Assembly: GCA_023898465.1 (NCBI GenBank)
Contig: CP060223.1
Span: 608,001-672,000, forward strand
Source: Candidatus Nomurabacteria bacterium
GTDB taxonomy: Bacteria; Patescibacteriota; Patescibacteriia; HK-STAS-PATE-3
DNA: 64,000 nucleotides
Direction: 5' to 3'
A program made the position numbers and the translations under genes. This document shows, piece by piece, positions 27,317 through 34,580 of the stretch. Position 1 is the stretch's first letter, and each line of letters begins with the position of its first letter. The notes under the pieces are model-generated. The model saw nothing but the letters and a program-made list of their open reading frames with translations, was not told where the DNA came from and searched no databases.

Positions 27317-27494
27317 TGCAAACGCCGAAGACTTGGGCCCGAAGGGTTAAGTCTTCTAGGGGGCCCCGCTGCAAACCAAGGACCTCGAGCCTGCCGAGAG
27401 GGACTGTTTGCAGTGGGGAAAAGGGACATCCTTGCAAAGGGCGCAGTGAAGACAATTTGTTGTCGTCACGGAGCCCACAGCAAGTGATGGCCCG
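27317..27494. repeat. Conserved GC-rich structured element, copy A (candidate ncRNA or tRNA-linked repeat)
   Basis: It is about 58% GC in AT-richer surroundings. It shares a 20-mer (gcaaacgccgaagacttggg) and several other blocks with copy B. It abuts the 3' end of tRNA-Trp. It contains hairpins GAAGACTT...AAGTCTTC and CTGCAAAC(27368-75)/GTTTGCAG(27405-12). Confidence 0.5.
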
Positions 27495-27568
27495 TGGCAG
27501 GGGCGGAAGGTGTCGAACCCTCGTTACCGGTTTTGGAGACCGGTGTTCTACCGTTGAACTACGCCCCC
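27495..27568 (-). tRNA. tRNA-Trp (anticodon CCA)
   Basis: I folded it by hand. The D-arm is GTTC-AACGGTA-GAAC. The anticodon stem CCGGT/ACCGG carries the loop CTCCAAA. The T-arm is GAGGG-TTCGACA-CCTTC. The acceptor stem has a G1-U72 wobble and CCA is encoded. Confidence 0.75.
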
Positions 27569-27592
27569 ACAGATTCGTAGAATCAATGAAGA

Positions 27593-27748
27593 CTATTTTG
27601 TCTCTTTATGGAGAGTATGCTTTTTGCACCACTTACAGTGCTTTTTCATCTCAAGTCGACCTTTGAGGGTCTTCTTGTTTTTGAAGCTGTGATAGTTGGT
27701 GCGCTTGCACACCGTGCATTCCAGCTTAATAAGATTATCTTGGGACAT
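27593..27748 (-). CDS. rpmG: 50S ribosomal protein L33
   Basis: I translated it by hand as [51 protein letters not shown]. It is a 51 aa CxxC...CxxC zinc ribbon. It falls below the 60 aa cutoff of the ORF track. Confidence 0.85.
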   Translation of the reverse strand: MSQDNLIKLECTVCKRTNYHSFKNKKTLKGRLEMKKHCKWCKKHTLHKETK

Positions 27749-27787
27749 AGCAGTATATTATTTATGCGTATATTCTTGCCGACCGCC

Positions 27788-27863
27788 TGGAGCCGATGGT
27801 CGGATTCGAACCGACGACCTTCACTTTACAAAAGTGTTGCTCTACCAACTGAGCTACATCGGC
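27788..27863 (-). tRNA. tRNA-Thr (anticodon UGU)
   Basis: The acceptor stem is GCCGATG/CATCGGC. The D-arm is GCTC-AGTTGGTA-GAGC. The anticodon loop is TTTGTAA. The T-arm is GTCGG-TTCGAAT-CCGAC and CCA is encoded. Confidence 0.85.
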
Positions 27864-27880
27864 GCCCGGCGCTTGGCAAG

Positions 27881-28189
27881 TTATGAAAGCTCTAAGCGAG
27901 GAAAAATATCGATGGCTGGTTCTTCATAAGGGTGCGCCTGCTTCAACGCTATTATTACCTCCTCTACTTTTTCCTTATGACAGAGCATGCGAATCACTTC
28001 CTCTTCCACAATCTCTTCCTGACCAATCTCCCCTATGGCAGGATGCGCTCCCTCTTGCGGGATGAAACGTCCAGTAGTGCGATAGCTTCCACTACAGTGT
28101 GAATAGTTGCCCATCTTCCCTGCGCCAGCATCACCCATTGCCTTACGAACTGCATCAGCTTGGGGCACTGGCACCGAGGTGCGAATCAT
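27881..28189 (-). CDS. NIF3-family fragment ORF (motif GNYSHC...HPYEEP only; ~100 aa, lacks the rest of a NIF3 protein)
   Basis: The translation MIRTSVPVPQADAVRKAMGDAGAGKMGNYSHCSGSYRTTGRFIPQEGAHPAIGEIGQEE...HPYEEPAIDIF matches a conserved segment I recall from YqfO/YbgI-type NIF3 proteins. The ORF is open up to 28264 but would run into element B. A full NIF3 is 250-370 aa. Confidence 0.45.
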   Translation of the reverse strand: MIRTSVPVPQADAVRKAMGDAGAGKMGNYSHCSGSYRTTGRFIPQEGAHPAIGEIGQEEIVEEEVIRMLCHKEKVEEVIIALKQAHPYEEPAIDIFPRLELS

Positions 28190-28228
28190 AACGTATTCTG
28201 ATTCTTGAAGTGACATAAGGAATAGAGT

Positions 28229-28456
28229 GCAAACGCCGAAGACTTGGGATTTTTGGGGCTCCATTTGAAACCAAGGATCTCGAGCCTGTCGAAAGAGACT
28301 GTTTCAAATGAGGAAAGGGACATGCGCCGTAAGGGCTTTCAAACGCCGAGCGCTTGGGCCGACAGGTTAAGTGCGAGGCGTAAAGGCACACGCTGGCAAA
28401 GGGTGGAGTGTTCTCGTTTTAACGAGGACACGCAACCCGCAGCCAGCGATGGGCCG
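28229..28456. repeat. Conserved GC-rich structured element, copy B (candidate ncRNA or tRNA-linked repeat)
   Basis: It is the second copy of element A, at roughly 70% identity, and abuts the 3' end of tRNA-Tyr. The hairpin equivalent to the one in copy A is TTTGAAAC(28264-71)/GTTTCAAA(28301-08). Three base pairs differ from copy A in a compensatory way. It also contains an internal partial duplication of its 5' block. Confidence 0.5.
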
Positions 28457-28543
28457 TGGTGGGCCGGGTAGGATTCGAACCTACGAAGGCGCAAGGCCAG
28501 CAGATTTACAGTCTGCCCCCGTTGACCGCTTGGGTACCGACCC
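28457..28543 (-). tRNA. tRNA-Tyr (anticodon GUA), class II with long variable arm
   Basis: The anticodon stem GCAGA/TCTGC carries the loop CTGTAAA. The variable arm is 15 nt. The T-arm is GTAGG-TTCGAAT-CCTAC. The acceptor stem is GGGTCGG/CCGGCCC and CCA is encoded. Confidence 0.8.
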
Positions 28544-28571
28544 TCATGTGAGGAAATGATCTCACCACTCC

Positions 28572-28647
28572 TGGAGCCGATGAGCGGATTTGAACCGCTG
28601 ACCTACTCCTTACCATGGAGTTGCTCTACCAACTGAGCTACATCGGC
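28572..28647 (-). tRNA. tRNA-Thr (anticodon GGU)
   Basis: The acceptor stem is GCCGATG/CATCGGC. The anticodon stem ACTCC/GGAGT carries the loop ATGGTAA. The T-arm is AGCGG-TTCAAAT-CCGCT and CCA is encoded. Confidence 0.85.
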
Positions 28648-28694
28648 ACAATGTAGCACCAGAAGTAATAAGACCATTATTTTTTATGAATGAA

Positions 28695-29552
28695 CTACAG
28701 TGCTTTTACCTGCTCATCAAATTCACTAAGGCGCTGATTTTCCGGATTCACTTCCTTAAGCTTATCAAAGACTCGTATAGCGAGTAGCTTCTTCTTTGCC
28801 TCAATGGCTAGCTCAAGCGTGCCGTGAAGAAACTTAGGATTATTTGGCATGAGCTCCAAAGCGCTTTCGCAACTATCTACCGCATCATCGTACTCACCCA
28901 AGCCTCGTTGTGCCATGCAAAGATCGTAACGGAGTTCGGCCATTTCTGAGCTGTAACCACCGATGTTTTGACTTGGCTGACCATTTGGCTGCTGAACACC
29001 TTTTACCTGATAGGTACGCTGAGCTAAATCAAGCGCATGACGGAAAACATCTCTGGCTTGTGCGTGCTCTTTCATTCGCAGATACACATCACCGAGAATT
29101 CGATACGCATCAATACTCTTCGGCTCAATCGCGATAGCTTCGATACAGCGCTGCTCAGCCTCACTATATTGCTCGTTCTTACTTAGGCTTTCCGCTTCTT
29201 CGATGAGTAAGACCACTTTACGCTGCGCTTCAGCTCGCTCACTTGGAGATCGCTCTGAGTGCGCTCGCTGGCGATACTGTCGTTCAATGGATTGTAAACG
29301 GGCGTAGAAACTTCGAGCCGCTCCCCTACCTCGATTCACTAGACCATGCAATCTTCCAATAGTCTTTTCATGCACTCCATCAAGTTTACGCTGCAAGCGG
29401 CGCTCGATCAGATCAAGCTTACGCTGTGTCTCCTGCTCACTCTTAATCTTACGCGTATCAATCGATGTGAGGCTCGGAAGCTTTCGAAACAGTACCACCG
29501 CAATGACGGCGATACCGGCAACGATCAGGATAATGAGTGCGATGTCGAGCAC
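28695..29552 (-). CDS. Membrane-anchored TPR-repeat protein
   Basis: It has an N-terminal TM helix, a charged coiled-coil region and several TPR-like units (AIAIEPKSIDAYRILGDVYLRMKEHAQA...). Confidence 0.55.
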   Translation of the reverse strand: MLDIALIILIVAGIAVIAVVLFRKLPSLTSIDTRKIKSEQETQRKLDLIERRLQRKLDGVHEKTIGRLHGLVNRGRGAARSFYARLQSIERQYRQRAHSERSPSERAEAQRKVVLLIEEAESLSKNEQYSEAEQRCIEAIAIEPKSIDAYRILGDVYLRMKEHAQARDVFRHALDLAQRTYQVKGVQQPNGQPSQNIGGYSSEMAELRYDLCMAQRGLGEYDDAVDSCESALELMPNNPKFLHGTLELAIEAKKKLLAIRVFDKLKEVNPENQRLSEFDEQVKAL

Positions 29553-29562
29553 GTGGGTAGGA

Positions 29563-30144
29563 TTATAACTCGAAACGAATGAAGCGACCTATTTGAATAT
29601 TTTCCCCAAACTTTGTAACCGCTTCAGCAACGTATTCCTCAACCGTCTTGCTATCGTCCATAATGAGAGGCTGCTTCATGAAACAGATTTCACTATAGAA
29701 ACGGGCAAGCTTTCCATCAATAATCTTCTGCACAATCTGCTCTGGCTTACCTTCAATATCTTTTGAAGTAGCAGCCAATTCGCGCTCCCTTGCTACCAAA
29801 TCCTCTGGAGCATCCTCTGGTCGTAAACACTGTGGGTTAGCAGCTGCGATGTGCATTGCCAGCTCATACGCAAAACGTTGGAAATCATCAGTCCGTGAAA
29901 CAAAATCTGTTTCGCAGCTTACCTCAACCATGGCGCCAATTCGCTTATTTGCATGAATGTAAGAAGCAACCACACCTTCTTTTGTCTCGCGTCCCTGCTT
30001 TTTCACAGCTCGGGCCTGTCCCTTCTTGCGGAGAACGAGTAAGGCAGCCTCATAATCATCTTTAGCTTCCGTTAAAGCTTCTTTTGCTTCAACTACACCG
30101 GCGCCGGTTTCTTCTCGTAATTTTTTAATGAGTGCTAAGTCCAT
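29563..30144 (-). CDS. tsf: Elongation factor Ts (short form)
   Basis: Its N-terminal UBA-like motif is LIKKLREETGAGVVEAKEALTEAKDDYEAALLVLRKKG. It is adjacent to rpsB, as expected. Confidence 0.85.
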   Translation of the reverse strand: MDLALIKKLREETGAGVVEAKEALTEAKDDYEAALLVLRKKGQARAVKKQGRETKEGVVASYIHANKRIGAMVEVSCETDFVSRTDDFQRFAYELAMHIAAANPQCLRPEDAPEDLVARERELAATSKDIEGKPEQIVQKIIDGKLARFYSEICFMKQPLIMDDSKTVEEYVAEAVTKFGENIQIGRFIRFEL

Positions 30145-30161
30145 GAATACGTACCTAGAGA

Positions 30162-30965
30162 TTAATTATCGTTGGAGCTATCCTTTTGCTTATCCTCTAC
30201 TTCGGCAGCTGCCTCTTCCTTCGCAGCCTCCGCTTTCTTCTCTTTGGTTTCGCTTACCTGGATATCAGCCTTTTGCTTACCAGAGAGGATTTCATCAGTC
30301 ATGACACTGAGGATAAGATCAAGCGCTTTGGTGGCGTCATCATTTGAAGGAATCGGATACGTAACGCCCTTAGGGTTTACATTAGTATCGACTATGGCGA
30401 TTACCGGAATGCCGACCTTCAAAGCTTCTTTCATGGCGGTGCGCTCTTGCTTCACATCAACGATGAAGACTGCGGCTGGCAAGGCATCAAGCGTGCTGAT
30501 ACCACCTACGAGACCTTCTAAACGTTCCAGCTCTTCTTTGAAGCCTAATTGCTCGCGCTTGGTATAACGGCCTAGCTGACCGCCTTCTACTTCTGATTTC
30601 AACTTCTTATATTTGGCAATCACGCGGCTAACAGTTGGGAAATTGGTGAAAGTTCCACCAATCCAACGATTCGTCACATAAGGCATGCCTACGCGTTGCG
30701 CTTCACGCTCTACAATTGCCTTGGCTTGTCGCTTGGTACCAATGTAAAGGACCTTGCCTCCCTTGGCTGCTAACTCACCAGCAAAATTGGCGGCTCGCTC
30801 CAAACGCTCCTTGGTCTGCTCGAGATCAAGGATATAAATGCCATTTCGAGCAGCAAAAATGAATGGTTTCATTTTTGGATGCCAACGGCTGACCTGGTGG
30901 CCAAAGTGTACACCAGCTTTCAATAACTCTGAGAGGGTAACTTCTCGCATATTGTTTCCTTTCAT
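30162..30965 (-). CDS. rpsB: 30S ribosomal protein S2
   Basis: It carries LLKAGVHFGHQVSRWHPKMKPFIF and has an acidic/Lys-rich C-terminal tail. Confidence 0.9.
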   Translation of the reverse strand: MKGNNMREVTLSELLKAGVHFGHQVSRWHPKMKPFIFAARNGIYILDLEQTKERLERAANFAGELAAKGGKVLYIGTKRQAKAIVEREAQRVGMPYVTNRWIGGTFTNFPTVSRVIAKYKKLKSEVEGGQLGRYTKREQLGFKEELERLEGLVGGISTLDALPAAVFIVDVKQERTAMKEALKVGIPVIAIVDTNVNPKGVTYPIPSNDDATKALDLILSVMTDEILSGKQKADIQVSETKEKKAEAAKEEAAAEVEDKQKDSSNDN

Positions 30966-31229
30966 CCTATCTGGATAGTTCTCTCAATGACTATCTCAGT
31001 AGGTCCACTATCGACCTAGCGGCTGGGACCTCGGCATGAGGCAGGATCCAGTCGACAGTCTTAGCTGGGTGGCTAAAGGGTCGATATGAGTGATAAATAA
31101 CGAATAAATGAACGGTGTAGACTCTACCATAGAAGCAAAAATCCCGCAAGGGTGGCTCAGGGGCTTCTGGAGACTTGCAAAGTATTCCCTATTCTGCTAA
31201 GCTTAGCCACGCTTTTCCTAAGAAATGCT

Positions 31230-31514
31230 ATGAAAAAATCCATCCACCCAAACTATACACACGAAAGCAAGGTTATCTGTGCTTGCGGTAATACCTTTAG
31301 CACCGGCTCTACCCAGGATGAAATTCGTGTAGAAATTTGCTCAAATTGCCACCCTTTTTACACTGGTAAGCAAAAACTCGTTGATACGGCCCGCCGTATT
31401 GACCGCTTTAACCGTCTCCGGGAAAAAACCGAAACGGTCAGCGCTGCCCGCAAAACCAAGCAAGCTACAAAGGCAAAGCCAGCAAAGAAGACAGACGAAA
31501 AGAAGAGCAAATAG
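31230..31514 (+). CDS. rpmE: 50S ribosomal protein L31 (Zn-ribbon type)
   Basis: It reads [48 protein letters not shown]. The track ORF starts 78 nt upstream at a spurious in-frame Met. Confidence 0.85.
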   Translation: MKKSIHPNYTHESKVICACGNTFSTGSTQDEIRVEICSNCHPFYTGKQKLVDTARRIDRFNRLREKTETVSAARKTKQATKAKPAKKTDEKKSK

Positions 31515-31547
31515 CTGCTTGGCGGTATTACTCCCGCCTCAAAAACT

Positions 31548-32606
31548 ATGGACACGCAGCTTCAGCAACTTCGCACCCGTCATCAGGAACTCGCCGTTCA
31601 GCTTCAGCAACCGGAGCTCATGCAAAACCCGGACAAGCTTCGCACACTTTCAAAAGAGTTTGCCGAGCTTAGTGAAGTCGTGAACTTAGCTGATCAGCTT
31701 GATCAGGTGCATTCTTCGCTTACGCAAACGCAGGAAAGTCTCAAGGATGAACAGGATCCTGAGATGCTTGCCCTTGGTGAAGAGGAGATCGCCAAACTGA
31801 ATGCCCAGAGAGATGAGCTACAGCAAAAACTCAATGCGGAATTAAACCCACCTGACCCACTGGATAAGAAGGACGTTATTGTGGAAATTCGGGCCGGGGC
31901 TGGCGGTGATGAAGCGGCTCTTTTTGCGGCTGAGCTTTTCCGCGCCTATGCACGCTACGCCGAAGAGCATGATTGGAGCACTACCCTACTCTCGATGAGT
32001 CGGATAGGCATTGGTGGTATTAAGGAAGTTGTTTTTGAAATGAACGGTACGAATGTATATCGCGACATGAAATATGAGGCTGGAGTACATCGAGTGCAGC
32101 GTGTACCAGAAACGGAAAAGAGTGGAAGAGTGCATACCTCGACGATCACAGTAGCTGTCATGCCAGAAGCGGAGGAAAAAGATTTTGAAATTAAACCAGA
32201 GGAAGTCCGTATTGAAGCAACTACAGCGGGCGGTCATGGCGGACAAAGCGTGAATACCACCTATTCAGCTATTCGATTGCATCATATCCCAACTGGATTA
32301 ATAGTCGTTTGCCAAGACGAACGCTCACAAAAGCAGAATAAGGAAAAAGCCTTCCGCGTCTTGCGAGCACGCCTCTTTGCACTTGAGCAAGAACGCCGAC
32401 AAAAAGAAGCTTCTGAGACTCGAAAAAGCCAGGTCGGCTCGGGTGATCGTTCAGAAAAAATTCGTACCTATAACTTCCCGCAAGATCGGGTGACTGACCA
32501 TCGCATCAATCAAAACTTTTCCAACTTGAAAGTAATCATGGACGGTGGCTTTGACCCAATTATCCAAGCGATCCAAGCAAAAGCCCAGCAAGCAAACAAT
32601 AGCTAA
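31548..32606 (+). CDS. prfA: Peptide chain release factor 1
   Basis: It has the GGQ motif (AGGHGGQSVNTT), an RF1-type tripeptide region (RVPETEKSGRVHTS) and an N-terminal coiled coil. Confidence 0.85.
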   Translation: MDTQLQQLRTRHQELAVQLQQPELMQNPDKLRTLSKEFAELSEVVNLADQLDQVHSSLTQTQESLKDEQDPEMLALGEEEIAKLNAQRDELQQKLNAELNPPDPLDKKDVIVEIRAGAGGDEAALFAAELFRAYARYAEEHDWSTTLLSMSRIGIGGIKEVVFEMNGTNVYRDMKYEAGVHRVQRVPETEKSGRVHTSTITVAVMPEAEEKDFEIKPEEVRIEATTAGGHGGQSVNTTYSAIRLHHIPTGLIVVCQDERSQKQNKEKAFRVLRARLFALEQERRQKEASETRKSQVGSGDRSEKIRTYNFPQDRVTDHRINQNFSNLKVIMDGGFDPIIQAIQAKAQQANNS

Positions 32607-33429
32607 GCTACTAGTCCTGGGTGAGCAAAAATTATACAAAGTAGCCAAGCAGCATGCCAGACAAGATGCTGAAGCACTTTTACGCATAGTGCTGAAAAAA
32701 GATGTGGCTTGGCTTTTTGTGCATAGTGAAAAAACACTGACCCAGAGACAATATCTAGCCTATCAACAAATCCTCAAGCGCCGGGCAAAAAACACCCCAC
32801 TCGCCTATCTGCGTGGCTGGCAAGACTTTTACGGACGCAGATTTCATGTTGGTCCAGGCGTGCTGATTCCACGTCCAGAAACTGAAGCACTTATTGACTT
32901 AGCGCTGCAGTATTTCCCAGCCGCGAAAAAACTGCAGGTGGCCGACCTAGGCAGCGGCTCCGGCTGTATAGCCCTTAGCTTAGCCTGCGAGCGACCAAGG
33001 TGGCAGATCTATGCAACCGAACTATCCTCATCAGCAATCCACTATGCCCGTAAGAATGCCAAGCATTGGCAGCATAAAAATCTCCACATCATGCAAGGAA
33101 ATATGCTTCAACCATTACGCACAACAGCGCTCGACCTTATCGTGGCAAATCTCCCCTACCTTAAACCAGGAGAGGCAAAAGACGACAGCGTGGCGAAAGA
33201 GCCGAGGAAAGCTCTCGTAGCAGGTCAGGATGGCCTAAACGCTTTTCGTGTGTTATTCCAGCAAGTACAAAAACGTCCTGATACACCTACACTGCTTTTG
33301 GAAATCGATCCGCGGCGTAAGAAGGATTTACAAAAACTCCATCGTCAACTCCTGCCACAGTATCGGGCCAAATGGAAAAAAGACCTCAGCGGCCATTGGC
33401 GAGTCCTGGTCCTCGAATCGAAAATTTAA
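32545..33429 (+). CDS. prmC: Release-factor glutamine N5-methyltransferase
   Basis: It has a SAM motif (VADLGSGSGCIALSLA) and the catalytic NLPY, a variant of NPPY (IVANLPYL). It lies immediately downstream of prfA. The start is uncertain because no in-frame alternative to the first ATG avoids overlapping prfA. Confidence 0.75.
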   Translation: MALTQLSKRSKQKPSKQTIAKLLVLGEQKLYKVAKQHARQDAEALLRIVLKKDVAWLFVHSEKTLTQRQYLAYQQILKRRAKNTPLAYLRGWQDFYGRRFHVGPGVLIPRPETEALIDLALQYFPAAKKLQVADLGSGSGCIALSLACERPRWQIYATELSSSAIHYARKNAKHWQHKNLHIMQGNMLQPLRTTALDLIVANLPYLKPGEAKDDSVAKEPRKALVAGQDGLNAFRVLFQQVQKRPDTPTLLLEIDPRRKKDLQKLHRQLLPQYRAKWKKDLSGHWRVLVLESKI

Positions 33430-34571
33430 TGGTACGGGAAACCTCGTCCGTCAGGAATCACTTCAACCCAGCTTTGTCCTCGATTGAACTTCATTTCTGT
33501 CCCGTCATCAGCGTAAAAAACCGTGCGGTCAGTTCGGGTTGGTTTTTCCCAATGTCCTTCTATCACTAAACCGTCCCGGAAAAGCACGGCTTTACCCTGA
33601 CCGGTCACATTTAGGGTGAGACGTCCTTTTTCACCAATAGCAACGATTTCTGGAATCACTTGTACGACAACATTCTTTGGAGCTATTTGCACATTTTGTG
33701 CACGATCCATGTGGGGATCATTCGCATTGAAACGCAGGTACACATTACGTTCGCGATCATATTCATAGTGCGGATTATAGGTACCGCTGGAATATTGTAA
33801 GCTCAGTTCAGTAAAATTCCCTCGTGCCTCTATAGCATCCTCATCTTTAAAACGCCAGGAACGAAAATCAGGCTGCACATCTTCATATTGTAGGTCGCGC
33901 ATTGCAAAAGTGAGCTTTTCAGTATTTGTATAAAGATTATGCGGAGCATAGCCAGCGCCGCGATAACAGTATCGGGCAGCGTTTGTTAAACAATTCAAAT
34001 CACGCAAGCTAAACCCGGATAACTCTTGCAGAGCCTCGGGACTCCCTCCCGCGTGCATATACGCAGCATTATACTCTGACAACCACTCAATATAGACAGG
34101 ACGAGCACTACGTACCGGACCCAACTCTCCACTCACATTATCAGGACTAAAGACCGCCATGATACGAGTCGCTCCTCCTTCTACCAAAGTATTGTAAGCA
34201 ACTGAGGCTTTACTTAAGTTTGCATGAGGGCGGGCATCCGGATGATTATCAAACATGATGATCCACGGCAGTAGATTTGCCTTCTCTTTTGCTACCAAGA
34301 CTCCATCAAGCTGACGTGGCAATTCAGTCGCTTCAGTCTCCGGTAAATGATTTGCATCTTCGTTTGTGAAAGCAGCATTTACTGTAACAGCGTTTTCAAT
34401 TCCAATACCATTGTTAGCATCACTATTGCCAGTAAAGGCAACCGCAGCCCATAACAGGGATCCACTCAAGACCACTAAAACAGCTAAGCTAATACCAATC
34501 ACCCTGGGATTATTCCAGGGGTGGTTTTTTGGCTTAGCGTGATGTTCCTTTGTGTGTGCTTTCTCTTTCAC
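33426..34571 (-). CDS. Secreted/membrane-anchored protein, paralog B of a tandem pair (possibly DUF3048/YerB-like)
   Basis: It has an N-terminal TM helix. It carries the conserved block GPVRSARPVYIEWLSEYNAAYMHAGGSPEAL, shared with the upstream paralog. The family assignment is tentative. Confidence 0.45.
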   Translation of the reverse strand: MKEKAHTKEHHAKPKNHPWNNPRVIGISLAVLVVLSGSLLWAAVAFTGNSDANNGIGIENAVTVNAAFTNEDANHLPETEATELPRQLDGVLVAKEKANLLPWIIMFDNHPDARPHANLSKASVAYNTLVEGGATRIMAVFSPDNVSGELGPVRSARPVYIEWLSEYNAAYMHAGGSPEALQELSGFSLRDLNCLTNAARYCYRGAGYAPHNLYTNTEKLTFAMRDLQYEDVQPDFRSWRFKDEDAIEARGNFTELSLQYSSGTYNPHYEYDRERNVYLRFNANDPHMDRAQNVQIAPKNVVVQVIPEIVAIGEKGRLTLNVTGQGKAVLFRDGLVIEGHWEKPTRTDRTVFYADDGTEMKFNRGQSWVEVIPDGRGFPYH

Positions 34572-34580
34572 TCAAATCCC

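Noticed and set aside
27317-27494. Assigning the GC-rich elements to RNase P RNA, tmRNA, SRP RNA or a T-box leader
   Set aside because: B contains GAGGAAAG reminiscent of the RNase P CR-I region, but the following P4 sequence and the other conserved regions are absent. There is no tRNA-like 3' end or resume codon as in tmRNA. There is no SRP domain IV motif and no T-box sequence. I therefore left them unassigned.
27229-28559. Plus-strand ORFs of 62-145 aa overlapping the tRNA/rpmG cluster (27229-27666, 27608-27886, 27696-27929, 27883-28065, 28244-28471, 28371-28559)
   Set aside because: They run antisense through hand-folded tRNA genes, rpmG and the GC-rich elements. Their composition is Arg/Ser/Cys/Pro-rich junk with no motifs, so they are spurious.
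32545-32606. Treating the 62-nt prfA/prmC overlap as evidence of a frameshift or fusion
   Set aside because: Both proteins are complete with their own motifs in different frames. There is no in-frame alternative start for prmC downstream of the prfA stop, so I kept the overlap and flagged only the start as uncertain.
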